64,000 bases of DNA from the human T2T-CHM13v2.0 reference genome, Homo sapiens. Location: assembly GCF_009914755.1 (NCBI RefSeq), contig NC_060932.1; one strand, 5' to 3'. Below the pieces are notes generated by a model. It was not told where the DNA came from, made no database searches, and worked only from the letters and a program-made list of their open reading frames with translations. This document shows positions 15,311 to 29,659 of this stretch, in pieces. The translations under genes were made by a program, and so were the position numbers. Position 1 is the first letter of the stretch; the number at the start of each line of letters is the position of its first letter.

Positions 15311-16932
15311 GTGAGTCTATACAAATAATTTCCCAGATTCTTAACAATCTCTCTGAAGATGGCCACATATGATTTAAAATTTAAAAGGCGTTTGGCACTC
15401 TTCAAATTGTAGTTTTAAGACATCTTTAACACATTTTCCTGACCTGACTTCCTAATGTGCTTTGTTTTGGAAGTTGTTCTTGCAAGAAAAATGGGACATA
15501 CTAAACCAACAGTATATAATAGAACAAAGAAAAGATATTAAAAATTAGTGATCATGTGAGGAAAAGAAAAAAATGAACTCAAAAGACAAGGAAAATATTT
15601 ATGAATGTGCTCTCTCAGGCTTGAAAGATACAAGGCATTATTTTAAAAGATAAGGCCATAGAAATGCCATTATACTATATTTCATATAATAACACAATGA
15701 CCTTTAATCTATAAAACATTTTGAATGGGGCCAACTGTGTTATTTTCACACCTAAGCCCCTCCTTATTTCCTTTTGTCCTTATAGACAAACATAAGTCTT
15801 TCTATATAGTAGATCTTTGAGAAGTTGCAGTAGGATATTGTTAATGTTATTTTGTTGTATATGGAGAGAAGGTACTATTTGAGGGCCTGAAATTAAGTTT
15901 GGGGATTATGTAATCTAAAGGCATATTTTTAAGAAAGAAGACTCCTTAAACCAGTTAGAGAGTGCTGTTTCTCAGACTGTTTGTTGTAGTTTGTGAAATA
16001 TTTTGAAACATTGGATATCTTAAAGCTCACCTATACATTTGTCACTGTTGATTACACAAAAGCTTTCATCAGAATGAATAGGAAAGCCAGTTCTGCTTTG
16101 AGTGAGTCAAAAGCAAAATTAGGCCTAACTTTTGCTATCAGGAATGAATTATTAATTTTAAGCAGAAACAAAATTTTAGATGCCGTGGTATTATTATTAA
16201 TATTACGCTAAGTGATCAGCGAAGTGATCTCCTACAGAACCGTGCTGGCTTTGCATCAGCCCCAGACTCTTTCACCTGACTACTTGAGGATAAATGGCAG
16301 AGGCTCCATGTACCCTGGCTGCCTGCTAGTTGGCTGCCAGCATGTATCATTTTGCAGCAGTGCTGTATCATGGGACGTTACCTGCTGAGATTTTGCAAGT
16401 CATCTTCATGATTGATCTTCCTCAGTTCATCATTGTGTTTAGCATTTTCCAGACAGTAGGGAGGGTGTATTGTGGATTGAAATTAAAATTGGGTAGGAGA
16501 TATAGTTGCAATCAGTGTATAAAGAAGAGTACAGTGAGGGCTTAGTGGTATCTGCTTTTAAGTTTAGAATCAGAGATGTAAAAGTGTTTTTCTTCCCTGG
16601 TTCATTTTAGATTTTACATTTTCTGTTATTTTCCTCGGTGCTTGGGATATAATGGAAATGCCAAATAATTTCATGAGTTTTGTAGTCCAGAAACTGTGGT
16701 AAGAGTCTGAGAGTTTTATTATCAGAATTTGTGCATACCTGCCACATCTCACATCATAAACCACTCATTGGGCTAGTTGTCATTTTCTCTACAAGGTGTC
16801 CTGGCACGGTAATAAAACATAGCAATATATGTAACAGACCAAATTTAATTCTGTCTTCAAACCTAAAATTACTTTAAGATAAAAGAAGAGACCAGAAAGC
16901 TGACTCAGCCTATCTTTCCAGACCTCAAAGTG

Positions 16933-17320
16933 TTGTAGTTTGGGCTTGTCCCAAAGCCAACTGAGAGACAAAGACTTCAGTGAGGGTAATTTATCTGGGA
17001 GATAATCCCAGTAAGCACTGGAGAAGTGAAGGAGTGGGAACAGTGAGGCAGGAAAGGAGAAAAGCCAATACAGGGATATTAGTGAGCTGGTTACTGCTGT
17101 GGCTACCTCTTCTTGCTAGAGAACTTCAGAGAAACTCTGTGAAACATCTCTCAGATTTGTCCCACCAGGGGAAGCCCTCAGACACAGAAGCAGGAGACAG
17201 GAGATTGAGATAGAAAGCTATAAGCACACTGAAACTGTTTATCAAAGCAGCAGATGCACCTAGAAAGTCCTAGAAATGGATCCAGAGGTCATGGGATGGG
17301 GCATCACTTGCATTTGCTAC
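16933..17320. mobile_element. Old MLT1-type (ERVL-MaLR) LTR
   Basis: TGTAGTTTGGGCTTGTCCCAAAG..CTGAGAGACAAAGACTT..TAATTTATCTGGGAG start, ends in GCTACA. Confidence 0.55.
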
Positions 17321-17983
17321 AACAGGTGACCTGCCTCATGAAACGTCCCTTGTAAAGCCGTGCTGAGAATGCAGGACAGTGACAATGAGATGATCTGTGC
17401 ACACATGAGAAGATGCACAAATATTCATCATCTGGTTTACAGAACCATCATTACTGGACTAGTAATGGTTTTGGTCTGGACTCCACAGGAGGTTTCCATC
17501 AACAGCATGGAGCCAATAGTTGAGACAGCATGGAGCCAATAGTTGTAGTGTGTCTTCAAATATCAAATTGAAATTTAACCTGGTAACAATGCAGGGAGCA
17601 GTTAAGACAGCTCTCCACATAGGCAATACAAATGATACTAGAGTAACATTTTTTACCATAGAGTAGCAGTAGCTAACAGTCAACTATCATTTCTGGTAAC
17701 TTTTCAGACTTACTTAAATTCATGATCCTTTCCTCAGATAACTTTAGGACGTTTATTCTCGACAACAATCTACGAGAAAGTAATGTGTGAAGGAGTTCTT
17801 TTGATTTTAATCAGTATAGCACTGACTTTAGGTCCTGAATCTCTCTGGAAATGTCAGTGTATTTTTGATATAACAAACCAATTCTATTTAGGAGTGAAGA
17901 GTCCAGGCTACTCTTTTACAACAAACCCAAGAATGTGCTCTATTTTCATCTACAGAGGAAGGTGCAGGGGAAGGATGTATTGA

Positions 17984-18045
17984 AGGAGGGAGGGAAGGAG
18001 GGAGGGAGGGAGGGAGGGAAGGAGGGAGGAAGGAAGGAAGGAAAG
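17984..18045. repeat. (GGGA/GGAA)n purine tract
   Basis: Direct reading. Confidence 0.9.
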
Positions 18046-18461
18046 AAAATTTGTCCCACATGTCTCAAAGCATATCAGTACTCATAGAAAGGAAATGTGC
18101 TGTACATTAGCTGCGTGGTTGTCAACCTGATGCCCTAATGAGCTGCTTCTCAGAGTAGGGGTCTAACGAGAGAAAAGTGTTTGTGTTGGGATTTCTTTGT
18201 TTGTTACTCTGGATGCTACTACAAATGGAGAAAATAAAACTGCAAGAGTGAAAAAACAGCCAGAAATATATTTTTAATAGATAAAAAGTAATTTGCTTAT
18301 TTTTCTCACCATATTGCCCCTTTTGATGCTAACTACAGTAACATCTCTTTTAAAGTATTGTGCTGCTTCTGGCAGTCGTTTAACTATTATTATTGCCTGC
18401 ATTTGTCATGCCTCGGACTCTAGTTATTTCTGTGGGTTTTTTTCTCTGTCTCCTGCACCAG

Positions 18462-18616
18462 ACTGATAAATTTCAAGTAGCAGCAGTGTCGCTTGGAAAA
18501 CTGCAGAAGGTGCTGTTGCGCTGTGAGGCCAGTGACAAATCACAGTACTGGTACTGTGAACAAGTCATAGTCAGAGAGCCCGGCACCACATCCGAGTCCA
18601 TCTTTACCTGTCAAAG
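18462..18616 (+). CDS. RP1: Internal coding exon (155 nt, phase 0->2), PLAT domain middle: TDKFQVAAVSLGKLQKVLLRCEASDKSQYWYCEQVIVREPGTTSESIFTCQ(R)
   Basis: Long pyrimidine tract with accag acceptor and AAG|gtaatg donor; continues FQRGQ|TD.F.V....LG.L..V ... W.C..V.V ... F.C..W PLAT pattern in frame. Confidence 0.92.
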
Positions 18617-18669
18617 GTAATGCTGGTCTCCAAGATACTTCAAAAGAGTATGCTGCACTGTGGATGATG

Positions 18670-18670
<1 letters not shown>

Positions 18671-18710
<40 letters not shown>
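18671..18710. repeat. (TG)20 microsatellite
   Basis: Direct reading. Confidence 0.97.
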
Positions 18711-18713
<3 letters not shown>

Positions 18714-20769
18714 CTTTTAGGTCACGGATTTGTTTCATTAACTCAGATTCCACACCATGAATAACTCTTTGATTGCTTAAATAATCTTTTGCTAGACATT
18801 GTAAGGAAGACTTATCTTATAATTTCTTATTACCACGATGTTGTGTGTGTCACAAAAGGACCAAAAGTTTAATACTGGAAATTATTACATAAATAGTGAG
18901 AATATTTGTTTAACTGTTGGTTTCTTTACATTACTAAAATTGTAGTGTTACAACAGTTTCATAAGGAAATTAAGTGTGGAGAATATTACAGAGAAGAACT
19001 TTCAGAGCAGAATATAAGAAAGACAAACATTAAATTCTAGGTAAGTTGGACTTTCCTTGAGCCCCATGAGGGTCAGTCCTGAAAGCAGCTCTCTAAATTC
19101 CTGACCTGGCCCTGTACTGCCTCGGCTTGAGACACAGGTCCCACATATACTTCCTTCTTCAAATCTCCTCATAGAAATCCCACACCTTCTTGCTTAAGAA
19201 AGTGTCACCTGTTTTTCCAAGAAGAAGCCTGGTTCTCTAGATCTTTACTGAGCCCTGCTGTTTCTCAAGAAAATGCTTAGCTTCGGCTAGATGGGCAATC
19301 ATGTTTATTGTTGCTTGGTCTCTCAGTCACAGGGAATAGGCTGAGCCCTGACTTACAAATTGAGTTAAAACCCAATCTGTTGTGGGCATGGGAATGAGAA
19401 ACTTGAGGTTCCATTTTGAAAATTTGAATCTTCAATATCGAGGGCTGCCCTGTATCCTCTTTTTCCAAATAGGTAATCAACAGGAAATGAGATAACAAAG
19501 TACAGGCAAAATAGGGGCAAGCAGAAATTCAAGGGTTCGGATTTAGCCAAGAAAATTGCAACTTTAAGTACTAAGCAAAAAGTAAAAATAATGAGGCAAT
19601 TCAACTAAAAATCCTAAAGGCATGCCACTAAAACCTGCAAACACCCAAGATGATTGGAGCTGACTGCAGATGAACAGAAGCGGTGAGATCAACAGTAGCC
19701 CTCGTCTTTTTTGCCTTTTAGTCATTAAATTCAGTCAATTCCTTGTTCATAGTGTCTGCTTAATTCATCCTTTCTTTTATCTTACTACTACCTCTGCCCT
19801 GATTGATGCCCTTGTTCATCAAGACTAGCTCATCGCAGTCGTCTTCCAATTTTCTTCTGTGTCTTTCTTTCGCAGCCTACCTGCCCACAACTTCCAAGCT
19901 AGCCCTTCTATGGTACTAACTAGCATCATTCTGACTTTATCTTTTCTTCTCTCATGTCTCCTTTGTTTTATTTTGAATTTTATTCTTTAGTATTTTATTG
20001 TATAGCTTTGCCTGAAAATGTTTCAAGAAAAAATATGGGGGAAAATAATGTTCTAAAAGCTATATTTTAATCACATCACTCTCCTGTTTAAAAACCTTCA
20101 ATAATCCTCATTGCCTACCACAAAAGCAAAACTAAACAGAACTTCCATTCAAGGCTTTATAACATCTGACTCTATATTTCCCCCTCCAATTTGTTTTTAT
20201 TGCTGTCCTCTTACAAGATCTTAGTGAAATTAGACCCCTATAATTACCTAAACAAGTTCTGTTCCACTCTGCTTTTGTCCCTCGGAGTGCTAGTCTTCAC
20301 TCAAGAGGACCTTTCCTTGCTCTCTTCTCCCCATTATAATCCTGTCCATCCTCAAGTTCCAATTCCAATTTGGCCTGTAGTATGACTTAATTGGCCAAAC
20401 TACAAAGATTTTTTCTCTTCTCTCAATGTGTACTCAGAACTTAGCACAGCACAGGCACCCCCATCTGATGAGTAACACATAGCACTGAAGAGGACTTGGG
20501 TGTCATTTCCCAGCCTGCTCCCACCCACAGCACACAGGCATCTCTGGGGCACTGGTGGAAGCTCTGTTTTATTCCCTGCATCAGAAGAGGTAGAGTGTGC
20601 TTCATCCAGGACTTTCATCTTATGTTCTGATATAGTTTGTCACATTAGTTTAGCTGATTTCTTTTAAATATGAAATCTTCTGGTGGGTAATTTAGATGCA
20701 GTCACTGCCACTGTCCATGTCTACACATACATTTCACATCGTCACCCATCATTTCTTGCGCTACCTTAC

Positions 20770-21072
<303 letters not shown>

Positions 21073-22177
21073 CCTGCACTACCTTACTTCTTGTTTGTGC
21101 TGTGCCACCATGGCCTCCTTTGGAAAGAAGGAGCATAAGTGATAGCTTAATTATTATAATTTCAATGGGTTGTATCTGAAAGAATTTTAGTTTCAAAATA
21201 TATTGAACAATCCCAAATAATGTAACAGATATAAAATATTAAATGCTAATATTTAATACCCTGATCATAGTAGGTCCTAAATAAATGGTACCGAGTGCTC
21301 ATTCATGTAATACCCTGATGAAGAAAGTAAGTTGCAAAAATAATTGCTTTCTATTATGTAGCTATACAGAGATGAGACAGTTCCTACTTCCTTAATTCTT
21401 AAAGGAGCAGAAGAGTATGGCACCAGGAATAGAACTTGGGGCACAGCAGGTTCCTTTCTACTGCAGAAAAAGGCCATTCTGAAGCCACTTATAGTTACTT
21501 CTGTCTCCCAGAGCCTTTTCTGTGCATATGAGGTCAAGGTCAGTGTCCATGGAGCCTGGAAGGCTGTTCTGAAGAGAAAGGAGAGCCATGGGTTCACGCA
21601 GGAGCTGGAGTGGACAGTCCTGGCGGGGGAGCTGGGTAGGGTATGATGCTGGGCATGTTCACTGTGGCTAGTTAGTTCTGGGGTACAGGCATCCAAAATG
21701 CTCAGGTGCACATCACAGAAGGGAAAAGGAAAGAAAATCTCGGTCATGCTCCTTGGAGTTTCCTCAGAGAACAAGAATTTACAGCACAGCTGAATTAGGG
21801 CAGAGAAAAAGACCACCGAGTGCTTGTCCCTTTTTGTGGGCTCGGGGGAAATGCTTAGGTGAGACACAAAGCAGAGCCGCGTGAGGAGACTGCTTGTATG
21901 CATCACAGAGGCTGCCTGCGAGTGTGCGCATCCTCCTTTCCTTTTTCCCTCTTCAACTGAACACCCACGTCCTTATGGCTTTATTTTATTTCTATGCCTG
22001 AAGGTATTATTTTTCTGTCTTTTGTACATTTAATATAGATAGGGGTATACATCACTGAATTTCTACCATTTACACTGGAGGTTTGGCTATTTGAGGTTTG
22101 CAGCAAACAAAATTTTATTTGAATAAGGCAGACATTCAACTGACTTTATGAATTAATGCAAATATTTTCATTTAGTA

Positions 22178-22622
22178 TTTATATTAGCTTCCTGTGGCTG
22201 CCGTAACAAATTGCCACAGATTTGATTGCATTGAACAACTGAAATATATCCTTTTGCAGCTCCTGGAGGCCAGTGATCCACGATCCAGGTGTCATCGGGG
22301 CCTCACTGTCTCGGAAGGCCTGGGAAACAGTCCTTCCTCGCCCTTCCCACTTCTGCTGCATGCTCACTGTCCTTGGGTTTCCTTGGCTTGCAGCTGCATC
22401 ACTCCAGCCTCTGCTCCGTTGTCACATGGCTGTCTTCCTTTTGTGTGTCTGTGTCTCTGTATTTCTTATCTTTTTGTAAGGACACTGTCGTCATTGGACT
22501 AGACCCATCCTACTCCAGTATGGCCTCATCTTTACTAATTACATACCCTATTTCCAAACAAGGTCATGTTCTGAGGTTCTAGGTGGCCATGAATTTTGGG
22601 GGAACACTATTTAACCCAGTAT
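22178..22622 (-). mobile_element. MLT1 (B/C-like) LTR
   Basis: ATTAGCTTCCTGTGGCTGCCGTAACAAATTGCCAC...ACCCTATTTCCAAACAAGGTCATGTTCTGAGGT...GGGAACACTATTTAACCC. Confidence 0.8.
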
Positions 22623-23018
22623 ACTTTTTGAGTGGATTCTGTAATGTATTGTTTAGCATTAAATTAGGGAATCTCCAGATTTTTCTGTGTTACCAAACTT
22701 GAACTATTGTGTATGCATGTGTATATGTGAGTCTTGACTTTAATGTGAAATTATTAAAAATAAGTTAGCATCTATCTTTTAATAGAAACAATGTCATTCA
22801 CAATATATATTTGATAACCTACTTGACCTAGGAGGGCCTGGAGACAAGGAGTGCCAAAAGCTTCTCAATGTTGCCTTTCATAACTCCTGGTTTGGGAAAT
22901 GACATTGATAGGAGCTTGCAGAAGCAAGTTATTTGAAATAAAGGCCCTACCTAGGGGAATTCTAAATAGAAGGAGAATTTTTAAATGCAGAAATCAATCA
23001 GTTAAATGCAAATAACTA

Positions 23019-23240
<222 letters not shown>

Positions 23241-24556
23241 CGAATCTAACTTGACTTGTCAAAGCAAGGCAGCATGACCAGCTTTGTCCTCTCAAAACCA
23301 AATTGTAGTCAGATAGGTGGAGTGACCCTGAGGCACATTCACCTGAGGAATAAGGACATAATGCTCCACAGCGTTCCTTAGAGTTGACATTGCAGTTAAC
23401 ACCTTTAAAGTGTTCCCGTCTCATTTCTATTCAGGATTCATGACTTTAAAATTTTTTTTTTTGAGAAAGGTTGAGATTATCTCCTTTGTGCAAAGTATAA
23501 GAAAAGAAGACTTTAAAAGCTTTCCACTATGGCTAGAATAGACTATCAGCAAATCCTGAATACCTCTGGTAGGTGGAATGCCACCTCCACTCCAGACTCA
23601 CGCCCTTTTCACGGTCCTCAGCACCTTCTTATTAATTGTTGAAAAAAAGAGTCTGTTGTTCCACCGAAACAATTGTGGGCCCCCTGCAGGCAGGTGAGGC
23701 AGGCCTTCGGGCAAGGCAAACTAAAGGCCTTCTTTTCATCCTTGAGATCACACTCTGGGGGAACCTTTGCAGCCAAAAGCTGGCCTTGGCCACACAGCAG
23801 GCCTACAGCTCAGCCAGGGCCTGGCAGACACTTTCTTCTCTGCTCCTCACTGGCCTTCACTGTGTTCTCAGCTGGTGCTGTTGGATCTGAGTTTACCTAA
23901 CTCATGGCCATTCCGTGGTGCCTGGAGTCCTGTAGGCTTTCATGGGTATATTTACTGGTGAGTTGACAAAAGATGCGTCACCTCTGCCAGGAGATATTTC
24001 CTGAAGCTACAGGTTGGGAAACTCATTTTCCTGTATACCTTTCACAAGGCGTGTGACATTAACTCAGCACTTACTACATTAAGTTATATGTGTGTGTTTA
24101 TGTGTCTGTCCTACTCCTCTAGTTCAGTACACTTTTCCCCAAGGTTGGGCTGATGTCTTATATTTTTACTTTCAGCTCCTATCGTTTCTGAAATAGAAGG
24201 GAACTAGGTTAAATTTACATGTGTAATAAATTCAACCAAAATGCATGCATTAATCAAGACACTATAAGCCCAAAGGGAAATCATATTAAAAGACAGATTT
24301 GGAATTAGAACACAATTTAAAAGGTTTAATTGTATCTTAACCTCACTATGACACATATAAACAAAATTGTCACTTAATACTCATTTTTAAGTGTTAATGA
24401 CAACAAGAAGCCAAAGAGTAATTCTTAGAATTAGCATGAGTTAAAAAGAAAAAAAAAAAAAAGACGTGTCCTACTGGTATAGATTTTTAAGCAAAATGCA
24501 GTTTACTTGTCTCAGGATCTCACTCTTGAAAAACTGAAGTGGCTAGTTGGCCAACC

Positions 24557-24575
24557 ACACCGCAAGGGGGCTCCG
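24557..24575 (+). promoter_or_regulatory. Candidate CTCF site in a locally CpG-retaining patch
   Basis: ACACCGCAAGGGGGCTCCG resembles the CTCF core CC(A/G)C(C/T)AG(G/A)(G/T)GGC; several CpGs nearby; motif match only. Confidence 0.4.
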
Positions 24576-26898
24576 CCTTGACGGCCTGGCAGAGAGCGGC
24601 GTTTCTGCTGCTCTATCACTGCAGCCTCACACACCAGCAGGCCGCATCTCCATGCATGAGATTCTTCCGTGGAAGCAAGGCTGATAATCACCCCTGTACC
24701 ATCCCATCATTATTATTCACAAAGCATTGTCCTTGCTTAATTGCCTTGTGGCAACTCTAGCGGTTATTCCATGAAAATCAAACATGAGGCGCATGCTCTT
24801 AGGAGGTTGTAATCAAGACCTTCAGTGTCCACAGGACAAATACACAGAACATAGTAGGTACTCAGAAAGTGTGTGCTAAATTAGTGAATTAGTTAGTAAA
24901 TCATGAGCTGAGCCTTATACAGAACAGGGCTGAGTATATCATTTGTGGAGAGGGTCAGGAAAAGAAGCAGGGGCAGCCCTGTTTGAACAGCATCCTTCTT
25001 CTGTGTAAGTATAGTTGGCAAGAGAACTTTTACACCTAGGCCAGCTCTGCCTGAAGGTGTTAGTGTGTGGTGAATTAAAAACATATTATCCCCCTACCTT
25101 GGCCATTTACCTTTCTAGGCTTTTCTTCCAATTCTCCTGAGTAGAGTACGTTTCGCTTCTGTCTCTAGACATTCTCCAGGGATATTGTTACTCTTTTCCC
25201 TCATTTGTTTTAGCTCATTATATTCTTTCTTCTGCTTACTGAAATTCTTATCCCTCAAGGCCCAGGATAAAATGTTATCCATGCCATGAAGCTTTCTCTG
25301 CTTGCCCAGACAGAAGTGTGTTCATCCTTACCCTCTTTAAATTCCTCCAGCACTTGACTTAGACCTTTATGCAATTCTTGCCAGACAATGCACTGCCATT
25401 GTTTGTGAACATATTTGTCTCAGGTACCAGATGATATGCTTCTTAAGGGTAGTGTCTCATAAATTTCTCTTTATTTTCCAGTATGGCTTCTTGTACCAAG
25501 TATGGATTTAGCAACTATTTATAGATAGGAATGGGGAAAGGAAGGAAGGGAAGGAAGGAGGGAGGGGGGTAAGGACGATGGATGGAAAACACAGTGGAAT
25601 CTCAAGCTGGAAGAAACCTTAGAGGTCACCTAATCTTTGCATGAGTTCCCTCTGTAACATACTCAGATGTCTCATTACGAATAATTTATGCATTTATTTA
25701 TTTTCAAAATAAGTCAGCCTGTCTACAAATGGTTTTATTTTCCCTTTCTGGGAAAAGAGGGGGAGATGATGAATGATATAGATAAAAAAAGATGTTGAAA
25801 TTTTGATAAAGTACAGAAATGTAAAATACAATTTTTATAGGGAGAAGGGAATAATAAAAATTATCATGAGGCAGTGAGCAATCATTTAACTTTACTGATT
25901 TTTTTTTTCCTGAAAGAGGCCACTATTAATCATTTCTTGCTATTCTGAGCATGTATTTGTGCTGCTGCAGATTTCTGTGCTCTTCTTTGTCAGTTTACGC
26001 CATTCCTTGGTGCGAAAGTGACAAGTAGTGATGGTGGGAAACTGACAGAATGAGGTGCAGGGATGAGTCTTGTTCATTTTTTGGGGATGGGGGTGGAGAC
26101 ATAGAATCTTCAAATATTTCTTCTGCCATTTTCAATGTGAAAGTGTGCCAAATATAAAATATATCTCAGACTAAATAAAATCTGTACTACTCCTTACCTC
26201 GTTATACATCTTCCCCCAGCAAAACACCCTATATGTTTTAAGGCGGGAGCACCCCAACACGTTCCACAATTGTCTACTTTAATCTTAAAAGACTAACAGA
26301 ATTTTTGCCCCTGTCTTTGTGTTTCCTAGCTAGGCCAGTGAAAGGGAGCTCCCTGGTGACCTAGGGGTTTAGGCATTCTTTAGCTGGTGGCTGCAGAGAA
26401 TGGATTGTGTTCTTGGTCAAGCAACCTTCTCGTGCTTGCTTTTTATTCCATTCCTTTAATATCATCACTGCACTTCTCAAGCCACACTGCTCCAATTCTC
26501 CCATCTGTTCATTGGCTTTGGGAGAATTTTCTTGTCTTAATGTGAAAACTTGCTTCACTATCCAAGGCCTACTGTTTTATGGCACATCTGAGAAAAGTAG
26601 GATGGTTGTTTGTTGACTGGCAGTCACCCCAAATATATTTTCTGTAACACAACTGTGTACAAGGCACTGTGTTTGGCAGTCAGGAAATGCAGTAGTAACT
26701 ATTTTACCATAATACATTTATGTATGTTTAATTCTGTATCCTTTGTATAGGTAAGGTTATTATCCATAATTTATAAATGAGGAAACTGAGGGTTACAAAG
26801 ATTAAGGACATGGGGCAAGGTTGCACAAGTAGTAGATGTTGAAGCCAGGTTTTGAAACAAGGCAATCTGACTCTACTTGAAATTTAAAGTCTGTATTC

Positions 26899-27195
26899 TT
26901 TTTTTTTTTTTTTTGAGATGGAGTCTTGCTCTGTCACCCAGGCTGGAGTTCAGTGGAGCGATCTCAGCCTACTGCAACCTCTGCCTCCGAGGTTTAAGTG
27001 ATTCTCCTGCCTCAGCCTCCTGAGTAGCTGTGATTACAGGTGTGTGCCAACATGCCTGGACAATTTTTGGATTTTTAGTAGAGATGGGGTTTCACCATGT
27101 TGGCCAGGCTGGTCTTGAACTCCTGACCTCAGGTGATCCATCTGCCTTGGCCTCCCAAAGTGCTGGGATTACAGGTGTGAGCCACCTTGCTGGGC
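26899..27195 (-). mobile_element. Alu (AluS-like)
   Basis: Reverse Alu with TSD TAAAGTCTGTATT. Confidence 0.95.
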
Positions 27196-28433
27196 CTAAA
27201 GTCTGTATTTTTAAACATGAAGCTGACTGTCTTTATTCTGGCATGTAAAGTAAACTCTTTACATACATAACAATGTAGCTGGAAAGATGGGATATATAAA
27301 CCAAAACATAACTAATAAAGTAAGATTGCATAATTAGGGGCTAACAAAATGTGCAAAATATATTGTATGTGTGTTATTAGGCTCCAGAGGAGGAAAGAAC
27401 ACTGTGAGCTAAAGTGGTCAGAAGGAAATGGGATTTCTCATAGCTTTGGAAAAATGGAGAGATGAGCAATCCTGACAGCTGGGTAGGACTGCGAGCTCAC
27501 AGTTCGCCTTTATACCCCACACCTTCCCATTATCTGCTGATTGCAAGGCTAGTGTGGTGACGTCAGTCCTACAGCTCAGACTCTTAAGTTCCTTGACATT
27601 GTCAGATCCTTGAGTAACCCACACACAACCCCTGCCGCTACCCCATCTTGTCCAGCAGCCTCCTGTGCGTCAGCCACGTGGAATCTCATTGGACTCTGTA
27701 CCTTTGCCAGTGCTGTTGTCTCTCTCTACGGTGCCCATCCTGACCTACTTATTGTCCAACCTTCAGCTTAAGTATCACCTCTTTGTTTAATTTTTTTGTT
27801 CTTCATTCCTTTGCACTTCCCCATTCCTGCAATTGAGTTGGTCAGTCTCTTTTTCTGCTCCTATAACATCTGTATTTAAGTGTCTCACCACACTTTGTTA
27901 CATTTATATCTTTACATATCTGTTTCCTTCTGTTTTACACTGGAAGCTCCTCAGGTCACGTTTCTTCTCTCTTTTGTTTTTCTTGTAGTCCCAGCACTTA
28001 GGAAAATACCTGCCCACACAGGGCACTTTCTAAGTATGTATTGAATGGATAGATGGAAGGATGGAAGGAATGAGAGTATGTGTAAGTGTGTGGGATAGCA
28101 ATAACCGTGGTTTTTGTGGTATAATAATAAAACTGATATACCATGTAATACTACAAAAAAATGCTTGTACACGACTTTTCATTTCAGCTTCACAACACTG
28201 CTATGAGGCAGGTAATTTAGTCAAAGAAAGTAAGTTTCAAGAGGGTAAGATCACAAAGCCAGTAAATGGCAAAGCTGGTTTTCTGAGTCCAATCTTGACC
28301 TTTTCTTCAAAAGGGAGCTTCTAACACTAAAGTTTACCTGGTTTAGGGGGAAGCTCCAGGAGGATCAGCTATTAGCTCACCCTAAGCACATTTTCCAGCA
28401 TGATAATATTTTCACCAACTTTATGGTTATATT

Positions 28434-28730
28434 CTTTTTTTTTTTTTTTTTGAGACGGAGTCTCACTCTGTTGCCCAGGCTGGAGTGCAGTGGCACAATC
28501 TCAGCTTACTGCAAGCTCTGCCTCCCAGGTTCACGCCTTCTCCTGCCTCAGCCTCCTGAGTAGCTGGGACTACAGGCGCCCACCACCACGCCCAGCTAAT
28601 TTTTTTATTTTTAGTAGAGATGGGCTTTCACCGTGTTAGCCAGGATGGTCTCGATCTCCTGACCTCATGATCCACCCGCCTTGGCCTCCCAAAGTGCTGG
28701 GATTACAGGCATGAGCCACCACGCCTGGCC
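28434..28730 (-). mobile_element. Alu (AluY-like)
   Basis: Reverse Alu (CCGTGTTAGCCAGGATGGTCTCGATCTCC) with TSD ATGGT(T/A)ATATTC. Confidence 0.95.
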
Positions 28731-29277
28731 AATGGTAATATTCTTTTTGCAAACACTGAGGAAGAGATTTTAGAGGAAGCCAGGTGAAAGCAAGACAGAA
28801 ACTCTCATAGAGGAAATATTAAAATAGGAAGTCTATTTTTCTGTGCCAAGTTGCCCTGCAATCAATGTGCAGGCCATATTTTCTAGGCTGGCCCAGGTAC
28901 CATGCTCAAAATCTGAAACCTGCCCTTGCCCTTTTATCCAGCTTGGTACTGGGAGTGCTCTGCTGGAGCCCCAGTTGCTTTTACAGGTGATAGTGGTAGA
29001 GGACTGACAAACCTGGAGAGGTGGGTGGTTAGCAGGGTTAGCAACGTATATATTTCGTTCTTCAAGCCACAGGTATGATTCTTACCATTCTTAGTGCTAT
29101 GATGAATGTGTAATAGGATGGATTGTGTTTGACTATATAAAAAGCAACTTTATAGTTAACATTTAGTGTGCAAAATTAATGCAGAATCAACCTTATTTTA
29201 AAATTGAGAAAATCAGAAATTAATTTTCTCTCTATTTTCTCCTCTCTCTTTCTTTCTCTCTCTCTCTTTTTCCTCAG

Positions 29278-29336
29278 ATGGCTTCCTTTCATGTCTCAGG
29301 GCATAATTCATTCAGAAATTGAACTTTATCTTCAAG
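29278..29336 (+). CDS. RP1: Internal coding exon (59 nt, phase 2->1), end of the PLAT domain: (R)WLPFMSQGIIHSEIELYLQ
   Basis: About 50-nt CT tract with cctcag acceptor and AAG|gtgagg donor; supplies the expected F.C.RWL and terminal EL motifs in the correct phase; not in the ORF track. Confidence 0.88.
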
Positions 29337-29659
29337 GTGAGGATTACTGAAACCATCAGTAGAAGAAAGTACAAGATGATTTTGTTACATCTGGACATCA
29401 TGGAACACTATTCCCCAGTTTTCCTCAGAACATCCCCTTTGATATTTATCTTTTATTATTGGATTTATAGTATTCCTCACAGTGAAATAAAAACATATGT
29501 AAAGCTGTGTCTTAGAAATGTTGTGTGCCCTAATTGAAGTTAAAAATCAACGTAAGGATTTGCCTCTGTTAAAGAGTTAAACTCACGTTTCTTCTTTTCC
29601 CACTTACAATGTCATCAGACAGATCTGTTATTAACTGCACTTCACTTTTATTTTTGCAG

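Noticed and set aside
17502-17545. 21-bp direct duplication ACAGCATGGAGCCAATAGTTG (similar small duplications near 3430, 4500, 5550 and 36485)
   Set aside because: Ordinary slippage micro-duplications with no sign of function
21277-21906. Longest ORF in the track (209 aa, minus strand)
   Set aside because: No recognisable domain, S/L/F-rich composition typical of non-coding antisense frames, no supporting gene structure
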